32,000 nucleotides of DNA from assembly GCF_000010065.1 (NCBI RefSeq), contig NC_006576.1:1590001-1622000 (forward strand), given 5' to 3'. Both the position numbers and the translations under genes were made by a program. The DNA is from Synechococcus elongatus PCC 6301 (GTDB lineage: Bacteria > Cyanobacteriota > Cyanobacteriia > Synechococcales > Synechococcaceae). The notes below the pieces were generated by a model, which was not told the origin of the DNA, did not search any database, and worked only from the letters and a program-made list of their open reading frames with translations. Shown here in pieces: positions 9,009 through 18,562 of this stretch; position 1 is the first letter of the stretch; each line of letters opens with the position of its first letter.

Positions 9009-9749
9009 ATGCCCCGTCTTCTGATTCTTGGCGGCACGACTGAGGCGACTCGGTTAGCTGCTGCTCTCCAAAACTGGTCGCAGCTTGAAGTGCAAACTTC
9101 TTTAGCAGGACGAACCCAGCAGCCCGTGTTACCAGCTGGATCCGTGCGGGTTGGCGGCTTTGGTGGCGTGGCAGGGCTAGTGGACTATCTCAAGACGGAA
9201 GGCATTGATCTGCTGATTGATGCCACTCATCCTTTTGCCGCTCAAATTTCTCAGAATGCGGCTGAGGCGGCGCACATTGCAGGCCTGCCGATCTTGAGTT
9301 TGCAACGACCGGCTTGGACTCCTCAGGCTGGCGATCGCTGGATCTCCGTTCCCGATTTAGCGACGGCGGCTAAGCAATTAGCAGACTTGGGCGATCGCAT
9401 TTTTCTGACCATTGGTCGACAAGAACTCGCTGCTTTTGCCCACCTACGCGATCGCTGGTTCTTGATGCGCATGATCGATCCACCCGCTGAGGATGCTCCG
9501 TTACCACTTGGTGAAATTCTGTTAGAAAGAGGGCCATTCTCCGTCGAACATGAGCGATCACTGCTGATCCGATTTCAGATTGATGCGATCGTTAGTAAGA
9601 ATAGTGGCGGTACTGCGATCGCAGCGAAACTTAAAGCGGCACGCGAGTTGGGCCTACCGATTGTGATGATCGAACGCCCGCCACAGCCTCAGGTCGAACA
9701 AGTCACGACTCTAGCTGCAGCTCTGCAATGGCTAAAGCTACATTGTTGA
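9009..9749 (+). CDS. cobK: Precorrin-6A reductase
   Basis: Contains MPRLLILGGTTEATRLAAAL, LLIDATHPFAAQISQNA, ERGPFSVEHE and IVSKNSGGTAIAAKL. Start is ATG 9009. Confidence 0.88.
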   Translation: MPRLLILGGTTEATRLAAALQNWSQLEVQTSLAGRTQQPVLPAGSVRVGGFGGVAGLVDYLKTEGIDLLIDATHPFAAQISQNAAEAAHIAGLPILSLQRPAWTPQAGDRWISVPDLATAAKQLADLGDRIFLTIGRQELAAFAHLRDRWFLMRMIDPPAEDAPLPLGEILLERGPFSVEHERSLLIRFQIDAIVSKNSGGTAIAAKLKAARELGLPIVMIERPPQPQVEQVTTLAAALQWLKLHC

Positions 9750-9790
9750 GGCTCACCAAAGGCTTGGCTAATTTTTTTGCAATTGAAATC

Positions 9791-10393
9791 TCAGGATTCA
9801 GTACAGGCCGTTTTTAGGATTTGCACCACTTGCTCAGGCTGCTGGGCGTAGGTGTGGGCTTCATATTCCACACGCCGATCGCCCGGATAGTTTTGGTAGA
9901 GCGGGCTTTGGTCAACCCGTCGCCGTACTTGGGGATCGGTCGCTAGCCCCAGTGGCACTGGACTGTAGCCCCACAACAGATTAGACCGACAGCTTTGAGC
10001 TACATGAACACTCTCGTGACTGAGGCTTTGCAGTAAAGCGGAAGGCGATCGCAGCAAGCGAGGATTGAGGCGAATCTGCCGCTGACTTGGTAACCACAGC
10101 CCAGCATAGCGATCGTGGGGGTCGGCTTCGAGTTCCACTGAGACCCGCAGCCGCTGCAAGCTGATCAGCAAAGGCTCCAATTGTTGCTGCTGGCGCGGCG
10201 TCAACCGCAAGGGATCAAGGCGGCGCTGCCAGTCGGCCAACGTCACTAGGCGATCGCTCGGCAAAGGTGCGGCGGTAATCCCCAGAGTGTCTGCCCAGCG
10301 ACGTTGCTGCCATTGTTGCCAACCCTGTACACCAAGAACGATGAACAGAGTCGACAGCCCTAGGCCATAGCGCCAGCGGCGGTTGAGCCGCAC
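9791..10393 (-). CDS. Hypothetical membrane-anchored protein with an HExxH (HESVH) motif
   Basis: N-terminal TM (YGLGLSTLFIVLGVQGW), HESVHVAQ motif and a downstream VEYEAHTYA. The GTG start directly abuts the sir stop codon. Confidence 0.65.
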   Translation of the reverse strand: MRLNRRWRYGLGLSTLFIVLGVQGWQQWQQRRWADTLGITAAPLPSDRLVTLADWQRRLDPLRLTPRQQQQLEPLLISLQRLRVSVELEADPHDRYAGLWLPSQRQIRLNPRLLRSPSALLQSLSHESVHVAQSCRSNLLWGYSPVPLGLATDPQVRRRVDQSPLYQNYPGDRRVEYEAHTYAQQPEQVVQILKTACTES

Positions 10394-12268
10394 TTAGCGC
10401 AGGTAGGCGGCGATCGCCTCACAGGCCAGGTCAGTCAGCGAGACGCCACGTTTGTCGGCTTCGGCTTTCAGACGACCGTGCACATCCGCCCGTAGACCTA
10501 CCCGATAGCGGGGTTTGGCTGCTTCGTGCTGGTAGCTTTCACTAAACTGACGCAGGGCGTCGAAGCCGACGCGATCGCAGAAATCACCAAAACTTTCGCC
10601 CGCTTGCCGACTCTGTTTGAAGAAGACAAACAGCGGTCGTAGTTGGGTTTCTACATCGCCATCCGCTAAGCGATCGATGAAGGGTCGAGCCAAGCGGGTT
10701 TGATCTGGCGACCCCCCTAGCCAGAGCTGGTAGGTATTCGGTGCACTACCCACAAAGGCCAGTTCCGCCATGTAGGGACGAGCACAACCATTGGGACAAC
10801 CAGTCATCCGCACCACGAAATGCTCATCGGGCAACCCTTGCTCTTCCAGGAGGCGACGGATCCGCACCAATAGTCCCGGCAAGGCTCGCTCCGATTCCGT
10901 AATCGCCAGACCGCAGGTTGGCAAGGCAGGGCAGGCCATCGCGTAGCGCTGCAGGGAGTCGATCGCCTCAACCGTATGAACTCCGCGATCGCGGAGGAGT
11001 TTATCAATCGCAGCGCGATCGCCAGGCTGAACATCGTAGATCAAGACGTCTTGGCTGCCGGTCAGCAACAGCGGTAGTTGCCAACGGCTGACGATCTCCC
11101 GCAAAGCCGATCGCAGTTGCCAATTACCGTCATCTTTAATCCGGCCACTGGTGATCGGTAGACCCAAGAACCACTTGCCATCGCCCTGCTCATGCCAGCC
11201 GAGATAGTCGCGATAGCGGAAGGGCGGCAGTTCGCGCACAGGGGCGATCGCTTTACCGAAAACGGATTCGACAGCTTCTTTAAATTTGGCGATGCCCCAA
11301 TCGTGGATCAGGTACTTCATGCGGGCATGGCGACGGTTGCTGCGATCGCCGTAGTCCCGCTGGGTCGCCACGATCGCCTGCACAGCAGCATAGATATCAG
11401 CTGCAGGCACAAAGCCGAGGGGATCCGCTAGCCGCGCAAAGGTTTCCTCTTTGTTGTGGGTGCGACCCATGCCGCCACCGACGTAGACGTTGAAACCCTC
11501 TAGTTCGCCGCGATCATTGCCAATCACGACTAAGCCAATGTCCTGGGTGAACAGGTCAATTGAGTTGTCGCCGGGAACCGTGACCGCAATCTTGAATTTG
11601 CGCGGCAGATAGCGATCGCTGTAGAGCGGTTCGACAGAATCGGCTACACGGCCTTTAGGATTGCGGCGGGCTGCTAGTACCGCTGGATCCGGTTCACCAC
11701 TCAGGACTTTTTCACCATCCAGCCAGAGTTCGTAATAGGCGCCAGACTCCGGCGTCAGCAAGTCAGCAATGTTGTTAGCGTAGGTGCGCGCCCACTCATA
11801 TTCCGGGCGATCGCGGAAGGGTGCTGGCGGTGCCATGACGTTGCGATTGACATCGCCGCAAGCGGAGATCGTCGAGCCCAGGTTTTCGACAATCCGACGG
11901 ATCACCGTTTTCAGGTCGCGCTTGAGAATACCGTGCAACTGAAAGGCTTGGCGCGTCGTTGCTCGCAGGGTGCCGTTGCCATAGTCATCGGCCAGTTGAT
12001 CAAGGGTGAGATAGAGCTGTGGCGGAATGTAGCCGCCGGGACTGCGCAGGCGCAGCATGAACTGAAAGTCTTTTTCCTGCCCCTTGACGCGGTTGTCGCG
12101 GTTGTCTTGCTGATAGGAACCGTGGAATTTAAGGATCTGGATCCCGTCTTCATTAAAGTGAGTCGACTCTTCCTGGAGCTGGCTTAGAATCGGCTCCAGC
12201 AGGTACTGACTGCGTGCCTTGAGGTCTTCAACTTTAGAAAGCTTTTGGGGTGCAGCAGTCGGCGACAT
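10394..12268 (-). CDS. sir: Ferredoxin-sulfite reductase, assimilatory, with an RHH-like C-terminal tail
   Basis: Contains [44 protein letters not shown] and [21 protein letters not shown] (siroheme/4Fe-4S cysteine motifs). Likely start is ATG 12268. Confidence 0.93.
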   Translation of the reverse strand: MSPTAAPQKLSKVEDLKARSQYLLEPILSQLQEESTHFNEDGIQILKFHGSYQQDNRDNRVKGQEKDFQFMLRLRSPGGYIPPQLYLTLDQLADDYGNGTLRATTRQAFQLHGILKRDLKTVIRRIVENLGSTISACGDVNRNVMAPPAPFRDRPEYEWARTYANNIADLLTPESGAYYELWLDGEKVLSGEPDPAVLAARRNPKGRVADSVEPLYSDRYLPRKFKIAVTVPGDNSIDLFTQDIGLVVIGNDRGELEGFNVYVGGGMGRTHNKEETFARLADPLGFVPAADIYAAVQAIVATQRDYGDRSNRRHARMKYLIHDWGIAKFKEAVESVFGKAIAPVRELPPFRYRDYLGWHEQGDGKWFLGLPITSGRIKDDGNWQLRSALREIVSRWQLPLLLTGSQDVLIYDVQPGDRAAIDKLLRDRGVHTVEAIDSLQRYAMACPALPTCGLAITESERALPGLLVRIRRLLEEQGLPDEHFVVRMTGCPNGCARPYMAELAFVGSAPNTYQLWLGGSPDQTRLARPFIDRLADGDVETQLRPLFVFFKQSRQAGESFGDFCDRVGFDALRQFSESYQHEAAKPRYRVGLRADVHGRLKAEADKRGVSLTDLACEAIAAYLR

Positions 12269-12490
12269 TGTTCTCTGTCCAGAAAAGAAAAGCACTGCCC
12301 CAGACAATGGCTTGGCAGTGAGACAAATCCAAGACCGGTAAGTCTCTGTGGATTTCGGTGTTTATTGTAACACTTTTCGATGGATCCACACCCCGCGATC
12401 GCCCAAAAGTCTTTAGGAAATGGAGTCAGAGGTGGGGGAAAGGGTGCGCGGTAGACTGATGAGGTTGTCTGTTCGCGCTATTGCTGCTCT

Positions 12491-14677
12491 ATGCCGGCCT
12501 TTCTACTAGAAGTCGGAACCGAAGAACTCCCTGCTTCTTTTGTAGCCGCTGCGATCGCGCAATGGCAGAACTGGCTGCCGACTCGCTTGGCAGAGGCCCA
12601 GCTGACGACCACCCAGATTTCAGTCTACGGAACGCCGCGCCGCTTGGCCGTGCTGATCGAGGGCCTGCCCGATCGCCAGCCCGATCGCGAAGAAGAAGTG
12701 AAAGGGCCACCGGCCAGCGCTGCCTTTAAAGATGGCGAACCAACCCCCGCCGCGATCGGGTTTGCCCGTAAGCAAGGGGTTGAAGTCAGTGACTTCACGG
12801 TGCGGGAGACAGACAAAGGGGCTTTTGTCTTTGTCCAAAAGCGGGAAGTGGGGCAACCGCTGGCGGACGTCCTGCAATCGCTCGTTCCCAGTTGGACTCA
12901 AGACCTCGAAGGCAAGCGCTTTATGCGCTGGGGCGATGGTGATCTACGCTTTTCACGGCCGATTCGCTGGTTAGTTGCGCTGATTGATGACCAAGTCCTG
13001 CCCTTGGAACTGACCAGCGGCGGCAGCACCGTGCAGAGCGATCGCCTCTCGCGGGGGCATCGGGTTTTACATCCAGAACCTGTGGCGATCGCCCAAGCCA
13101 GTGATTATCTGGCGACGCTCGAAGCAGCCAGCGTCCTCGTTGATCCGGCTCAGCGTCAAGCCAAGATTGAAGCTCAAACGGCGGCGATCGCCTCTAAAGT
13201 CGGCGGTCAAGCTGAACTGCCAGAAGACTTGCTAGCAGAAGTGGTGCATCTGACCGAGTGGCCAACCGCCGTCTTGGGTCAGTTTGAAGAGCGTTTCCTC
13301 AGCCTGCCAGCCGAAGTTTCAACGATGGTGATGACCAGTCACCAGCGCTATTTCCCGATTTACCAAGCCACAGCGCAGCGCGATCCGGCGGCCATCGATG
13401 CGCGATCGGAGCTGTTGCCCTGTTTCGTCACGATTTCCAATGGCGATCCGGCGGCCAGTGAGACGATTGCTGCTGGCAATGCCCGCGTAATTCGGGCGCG
13501 GTTAGCAGATGGGGAGTACTTCTATCGCACCGATAGCAAGCAGCCGCTCGAAAGTTTCCTCAGTCAACTAGAAGCGGTGACCTTCCAAGAGCAGTTGGGT
13601 TCGGTGCGCAGCAAAGTCGATCGCATTGGGGCGATCGCCCACCGACTCTGCGATCAACTCAGCATCCACTCCAGCGATCGCCTGTTGGTTTCGCGGGCTG
13701 CTCAGCTCTGCAAAGCCGACCTCGTCAGCCAAATGGTCTACGAATTTCCGGAACTGCAGGGCGTGATGGGCGAAAAATACGCCCGCGTTAGTCAGGAGCC
13801 GGATGCGGTTGCTACGGCGATTCGCGAGCACTATCTGCCCAAGGGCGCGGGTGATCAACTGCCCCAAACCCTGACTGGCCGCATGGTTGCCTTGGCCGAT
13901 CGCCTCGACACCTTGGTCTGCATCTTCGGTCTGGGACTGCTGCCCAGTGGATCTTCCGATCCTTTTGCCCTGCGTCGTGCCGCCAATGGCGTCCTCAATA
14001 TCCTCTGGGATGGGCAACTGCGCCTTGACCTGACGGCCTTGATCCAAGGCATCGCTGCGGACTTCCACCATGCTTTCCCGAAACTGGCGGGCAATGCTGA
14101 AACCTTGATTCAACAGTTGACCGACTTCTTTGGTCAGCGGCTGCGCACCTTGCTCCAAGATGAGCAGGGCATTGATTACGACCTCGTCAACGCAGTGCTA
14201 GGCGACGGAGATGCTAACTATCTCCTCCGAGCGATCGCAGATCCTTTGGATGCCCTGAATCGGGCCAAACTACTGCAAACCCTGCGGCAGGACGGTCGTT
14301 TGGTTGCACTGTATGAAACGGTCAACCGCGCCACTCGCTTAGCTAGCAAAGGCGATCTTGATACAGCGACCTTAGATCCCACGGGCTTAGTCAACGCCGA
14401 TCTATTCCAGCAGCCGAGTGAGGCAGCCTTCCTGTCGGCTCTGACGACGCTGCAACCTTTAGCGACTGCGGCTCAAGCTAGCCAAGCCTATGAACCTTTG
14501 GTGGAGGGTTTGCTGACGGCAGCGCCTGCGGTGCAATCCTTCTTTGATGGCGACACCAGCGTGCTGGTCATGGATCCTGATCCGGCCATTCAGCAAAATC
14601 GCCTCAACTTGTTGGGACTGTTGCGCAATCAGGCCCGTGTGCTGGCTGATTTTGGAGCGATCGTCAAAGGTGAGTAG
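12491..14677 (+). CDS. glyS: Glycine--tRNA ligase beta subunit
   Basis: Contains [36 protein letters not shown] and [18 protein letters not shown]. Confidence 0.96.
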   Translation: MPAFLLEVGTEELPASFVAAAIAQWQNWLPTRLAEAQLTTTQISVYGTPRRLAVLIEGLPDRQPDREEEVKGPPASAAFKDGEPTPAAIGFARKQGVEVSDFTVRETDKGAFVFVQKREVGQPLADVLQSLVPSWTQDLEGKRFMRWGDGDLRFSRPIRWLVALIDDQVLPLELTSGGSTVQSDRLSRGHRVLHPEPVAIAQASDYLATLEAASVLVDPAQRQAKIEAQTAAIASKVGGQAELPEDLLAEVVHLTEWPTAVLGQFEERFLSLPAEVSTMVMTSHQRYFPIYQATAQRDPAAIDARSELLPCFVTISNGDPAASETIAAGNARVIRARLADGEYFYRTDSKQPLESFLSQLEAVTFQEQLGSVRSKVDRIGAIAHRLCDQLSIHSSDRLLVSRAAQLCKADLVSQMVYEFPELQGVMGEKYARVSQEPDAVATAIREHYLPKGAGDQLPQTLTGRMVALADRLDTLVCIFGLGLLPSGSSDPFALRRAANGVLNILWDGQLRLDLTALIQGIAADFHHAFPKLAGNAETLIQQLTDFFGQRLRTLLQDEQGIDYDLVNAVLGDGDANYLLRAIADPLDALNRAKLLQTLRQDGRLVALYETVNRATRLASKGDLDTATLDPTGLVNADLFQQPSEAAFLSALTTLQPLATAAQASQAYEPLVEGLLTAAPAVQSFFDGDTSVLVMDPDPAIQQNRLNLLGLLRNQARVLADFGAIVKGE

Positions 14678-14689
14678 CCGCGATCGCCC

Positions 14690-15253
14690 ATGACGCCGGA
14701 TTGGGTTGCGGATCTCCAACAAGCGCGGATCGTTGCTGTCTTACGATCGCCTGATTTAACTCAGGGTTTCGCGATGGCGGAAACGGCGATCGCCCGAGGA
14801 TTACGTTGGTTAGAAGTGACTTGGACCAGCGATCGCCCAGCAGAATTACTGTCTCAGTTGCGGGACAAATATCCTGATTGTTGCTGGGGCGCAGGGAGTC
14901 TGCTGAGCCTGACGGATTTGGAAGAAGCGATCGCTGCCGGAGCGCAGTTTGGCGTCAGCCCGATCCTGTCCCTGCCGCTACTGGAACGGGCTCAAGCCCG
15001 GGATCTTCCCTTTCTGCCTGGTGCGTTAACACCGACAGAAATTATGACGGCTCATGCGGCAGGTGCGGCTGTCGTAAAACTTTTTCCAGCTAGTAGTGCT
15101 GGTGGTCCTGCCTACGTACGATCGCTGCAACAACCGCTCAATCATCCCAAGCTGTTTGCCTGCGGCGGCATTCATCCTGATGCCGTTCAGAGTTATCTCG
15201 ATGCGGGTGCGATCGCAGTCGGCCTCGGATCTCAACTCTTTGCGAAGACCTAA
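14690..15253 (+). CDS. eda: 2-dehydro-3-deoxyphosphogluconate (KDPG/KHG) aldolase-like
   Basis: Contains RIVAVLRS, LEVTW, GAGSLLSL, FLPGALTPTEIMTAHAAGAAVVKLFPAS and ACGGIHPDAVQSYLDAGAIAVGLGS. Confidence 0.87.
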   Translation: MTPDWVADLQQARIVAVLRSPDLTQGFAMAETAIARGLRWLEVTWTSDRPAELLSQLRDKYPDCCWGAGSLLSLTDLEEAIAAGAQFGVSPILSLPLLERAQARDLPFLPGALTPTEIMTAHAAGAAVVKLFPASSAGGPAYVRSLQQPLNHPKLFACGGIHPDAVQSYLDAGAIAVGLGSQLFAKT

Positions 15254-15278
15254 TTGATGTCCGCTCATCCAGTTGGCT

Positions 15279-15863
15279 TTACCGTTTTTCTTGCACCAGT
15301 TTCTTGAGGATCGCTTCTACCTCCCTTGGATCGCGAATATTGAAAAAGCCTAATTCGCGTCGTTGGCGATCGCCGTCACTATCTCGGGTCGTTTCGGCCG
15401 CGATAATCACGTCGCCAATCCCGTTATTCCCTTCCTTACGATAGAGATTATTGAACTGCTGTGGATAGTAACTACGAATTGTTGTCTTACCGGCCCCTTC
15501 AAAGGTAATCGCCCGTTGATTGGTAATGATATAGACCGTTTGAAAAGCCTGGCGCCAACTCCAAAAAGGACTCAGCAGCATGCCAATCCCAATGAGAAAA
15601 AATGGCAAGCCAAACATCGCAAACAGATATTGTGGCTGAAATCCTCGACTGAGATTGGGTAACTGGAAACCCAGCGCTGCCCACATCCAAAACACCGAAA
15701 AGGCTGTCCACGGAACTGCGAACAGCGCGATCGCGAGGGTCCCACCAGTCAAAATCATCAAACTGGGCGCCGGTTGCCCAATCCAGAGAATTTTTTCACG
15801 CAGATCCAGCTCGCGATCGATTTTTTGACGGAGTTGCGGTGAAATCTTGAGACCGGACGACAT
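15279..15863 (-). CDS. Conserved membrane protein with a PH-like (bPH2-type) region
   Basis: WIGQPAPSLMILTGG, two to three hydrophobic helices, VYIITNQRAITFEG and GFFNIRDPREVEAILKKLV. Confidence 0.6.
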   Translation of the reverse strand: MSSGLKISPQLRQKIDRELDLREKILWIGQPAPSLMILTGGTLAIALFAVPWTAFSVFWMWAALGFQLPNLSRGFQPQYLFAMFGLPFFLIGIGMLLSPFWSWRQAFQTVYIITNQRAITFEGAGKTTIRSYYPQQFNNLYRKEGNNGIGDVIIAAETTRDSDGDRQRRELGFFNIRDPREVEAILKKLVQEKR

Positions 15864-16024
15864 CGATGTTCCTCTGGCAGAGGGCTCATTCCGTAGGCAA
15901 AGCAGGCGGTGTCATTTTAGCCAGCCCTCGACGCTTCGTCTGTCTACACCCCGACTCTCAGCGATGGCAATCGACTCAAAACAGGATGATCCGGCACTGG
16001 TGGATCGCATCAACTACTTGAGCG

Positions 16025-16040
16025 CTCCGCGATCGCGGAG
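16025..16040. repeat. Perfect 16-nt palindrome CTCCGCGATCGCGGAG, an extended HIP1 core
   Basis: Read directly. The reverse complement is identical, and the central GCGATCGC is HIP1. Confidence 0.9.
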
Positions 16041-16254
16041 GTGACCAACGCTGTCGAAGAGTCACCGCGCCGAATCGCATAGGTCAAGCTTTCCGCAGGC
16101 GATCAGCTCCACCCCTCAAGGCTAGTGATGTAGCAAAAATGCCGATCGCGGCGGTAGGGAGTGATGGCGCACCCCCTATCTAACCGAGGTTTGAAACTTT
16201 GATCGAGTCCGACACAGACTGAAAGATCCTGACAAGCAAGGCTAAATCCGGAAT

Positions 16255-16458
16255 CTAGCCTTCTCCACCCTCACCGCCTTCGCCGCCTTCACCCCCTTCT
16301 CCACCGTCAGGAGCTGCTTGCGGTGCAGGATTGGTAGGGGTCGTTGGTGTCACTTCAGGAGTTGTGGGATTGGTCGGCTCCGAGGCTTGTTGACCACAGG
16401 CCACAGCAGTCGTCGCCAGCCCAAGGGCCAAAAACAGCTCAACAGGTTTCAAGCGCAC
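16255..16458 (-). CDS. Small predicted lipoprotein with a Gly-Gly-Glu repeat tail
   Basis: N-terminal signal MRLKPVELFLALGLATTAVAC (lipobox-like AVAC), then a Pro/Thr-rich linker and (GGE)x5-G at the C-terminus. Confidence 0.6.
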   Translation of the reverse strand: MRLKPVELFLALGLATTAVACGQQASEPTNPTTPEVTPTTPTNPAPQAAPDGGEGGEGGEGGEGGEG

Positions 16459-16634
16459 AGTGATGATCCTTATTAGGATTTTTTAGCATTAGGAATTATC
16501 CCATCACCCGCTGCAAAACCCTAGCCTGTTGCCCTCTCGCTAGATTTCAAAACCTACAGAACTGTGGGCATAAGGCTTGGCTGGCAGTCAGGGATCGCTA
16601 TGATTACGATCGCTGCTCTTCCTTGTAAAAGCTA

Positions 16635-17306
16635 GTGATTATCACGATCGATGCCTTGCTCGACGCCGCTCAGCTCAACAAGATCCAAAGCAGCTTACAA
16701 ACAGCTGAGTTTATCGATGGCCGCGCGACAGCCGGCTGGCATGCACAGCTAGTCAAGCAAAATCAGCAGCTCTCCCGCACCAGTACTTTAGCGAAGAGTT
16801 TGCAAGAGATAGTGCAAACGGCACTACAGAATAATGCCCTCTTTGAGGCAGCAGCCTATCCCCAGCGTGTTCACAGCCTGTTGTTTAGTCGCTATGAACC
16901 TGGCATGGAGTATGGTCGCCATGTGGATAATGCTCTGATGGGAAGTGGCGATCGCCGTGATCGGGCTGACTTATCCTTCACTTTGTTTTTGAGCGATCCC
17001 GACCGCTACATCGGTGGAGCTCTAGTGATTGAAGGGGCCTGCGATGAACAGGCCTATCGGTTGCCCGCCGGATCGTTGCTGCTCTATCCCTCATCCACCC
17101 TGCACCGTGTTGATCCCGTTGAGCAAGGCTACCGCTTTGCCTGCGTGGGCTGGGTGCAAAGTTGGATCCGCGACCCTGCTAAGCGGGAACTGCTGTTTGA
17201 CCTCGATACAGCTCGGCGATCGCTGTTTACCCGCGAGGGCAAGAGCATTGAGTTTGACCTGCTTTCAAAAACCTATGCCAACCTGCTGCGACGCTGGTCA
17301 GAGTAG
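16635..17306 (+). CDS. PKHD-type Fe(II)/2-oxoglutarate dioxygenase, PiuC/YbiX-like
   Basis: Contains MIITIDALLDAAQLNKIQSSLQTAEFIDGRATAG, MEYGRHVDNALMG (HxD), FTLFLSDPDRYIGGAL, LYPSSTLHRVDPV and RFACVGWVQSWIRD. Confidence 0.9.
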   Translation: MIITIDALLDAAQLNKIQSSLQTAEFIDGRATAGWHAQLVKQNQQLSRTSTLAKSLQEIVQTALQNNALFEAAAYPQRVHSLLFSRYEPGMEYGRHVDNALMGSGDRRDRADLSFTLFLSDPDRYIGGALVIEGACDEQAYRLPAGSLLLYPSSTLHRVDPVEQGYRFACVGWVQSWIRDPAKRELLFDLDTARRSLFTREGKSIEFDLLSKTYANLLRRWSE

Positions 17307-17471
17307 AGTGATGCCTACTGGAGCGATCGCATAGTGGGTACCTCAGTCCGCAATCGTCAATTGCTAGCTCTGTTGAGACCCAATCTCAAGGCAGTCAAAA
17401 CTCTCTGAGGCTGCCACTATACTTTGGGTGATCTCTGGCTCAGTGAACACCTTGCTCCCCATAGGATTGTG

Positions 17472-17816
17472 ATGAACTTACTCAAACTGTTCGCTGGTAT
17501 TGGCTTAGTCATTTACGGCATTTATCAAGTCGGCCAGAAAATCTTCTTTACAACCCGAAGTTCCAGCTTTGATTGGGGTGGTTTTCCCGCCTCAACTTCC
17601 GTCATCATCTTTGTGGCAGGCATTTTGGCGCTGCTGTTCATCCCAGGGAAACTCAGCAACATTGGCTGGGGAATCATGGTGGTCGGAATCATTATGATTT
17701 TCTATAGCACTAGCATTATTGTCTCGCCTGTTAGTTTGGTGGAATTTTTAATTGCGATCGCTGCAATGGTTGGGGGACTCAAGTTGATGTACAGCAGTAG
17801 TCGCTACATCCTGTGA
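17472..17816 (+). CDS. Small membrane protein, unknown function
   Basis: ATG 17472 (MNLLKLFAGIGLVIYGIYQVGQK) followed by further hydrophobic helices. The promoter-like TATACT at 17417-17422 lies just upstream. Confidence 0.65.
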   Translation: MNLLKLFAGIGLVIYGIYQVGQKIFFTTRSSSFDWGGFPASTSVIIFVAGILALLFIPGKLSNIGWGIMVVGIIMIFYSTSIIVSPVSLVEFLIAIAAMVGGLKLMYSSSRYIL

Positions 17817-17854
17817 TCTCCAGTGTCTTACCAGAGCCACTGCAGGTTGATCAG

Positions 17855-18562
17855 CTATTGATCGGGCAGCATGGCCAGCAATTGGCTCGGGGTGACCGGG
17901 ACTTCAATCACTGCACTTAGGGCTGTCGCGATCGCAGCACAGTTTTCTTGGACTTGCTGCCGCGTGAAATCAGCCTTATTCTCTAAGACCGCTTTCAGCG
18001 CCTGGGCTTGATCGGGTGCCACACTCGGCAGCGCCTGAATGAAGGCTTGGATAACTGTCTCCAATTTTTGCCCAGACTCTTGCGCTTGGTCGGCCAATAA
18101 GGTCCGCAGATAACGTCCAAACCAAGGTACCGGCGCATCAGCTGAGGTACTCGACTCCCGGGCTTGAATGTGAACTTCTAACTGTTCAATCAACTGCCGC
18201 AGAGAGAGCAAGACATCGTGGGGGTCTTGCTCCAGAGGACGCCCTTGTCCATCCGCTGTTGCTTCGCCACTAAGAACGGCATCGAGTTGTTCCAGCGAAA
18301 GATTAGCCAGTCGAGAAATTCGACGCATTAAACTCCAGCGAATATCCCAAGGATCAATCTCACTCCCCTCATATTTATTGATAAGCGTAGCTGAGACCCC
18401 GAGTAATCTTGAGAGCTTTCGTTTCGATAAGCTTTCATGCACCAGAACTTCAGCACGAGCCGGCAAAGCACGACCAACCAAGTTGGCACGAATCTCTTGG
18501 AGCAGACTGGAAAGACGTAAGGCTCTCTGCTGACCCTTGGTATCCAACGCGTTGGCAGACAT
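17855..18562 (-). CDS. Hypothetical protein with a helix-turn-helix-like region
   Basis: The ORF contains ESLSKRKLSRLLGVSATLINKYEGSEIDPWDIRWSLMRRISRLANLS, resembling an HTH, followed by an alpha-helical C-terminal region. Confidence 0.6.
   Translation of the reverse strand: MSANALDTKGQQRALRLSSLLQEIRANLVGRALPARAEVLVHESLSKRKLSRLLGVSATLINKYEGSEIDPWDIRWSLMRRISRLANLSLEQLDAVLSGEATADGQGRPLEQDPHDVLLSLRQLIEQLEVHIQARESSTSADAPVPWFGRYLRTLLADQAQESGQKLETVIQAFIQALPSVAPDQAQALKAVLENKADFTRQQVQENCAAIATALSAVIEVPVTPSQLLAMLPDQ

Noticed and set aside
13568-14158. 196-aa minus-strand ORF inside glyS
   Set aside because: It is antisense to the unambiguous glyS reading frame. GC-rich coding DNA commonly gives long antisense ORFs, and it has no recognisable motifs.
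15847-16044. 65-aa plus-strand ORF (MRPDDIDVPLAEGSF...INYLSAPRSRR)
   Set aside because: Overlaps the start of the PH-like gene and ends at the HIP1-like palindrome, with no conserved features. The sub-ORF from 15964 (MAIDSKQDDPALVDRINYLSAPRSRR) cannot be excluded but is not supported.
16255-16308. Possible CRISPR or VNTR array at the short regular repeats
   Set aside because: These are 9-nt codon-level repeats encoding Gly-Gly-Glu at the end of an ORF. There are no spacers and the repeat DNA is not identical.
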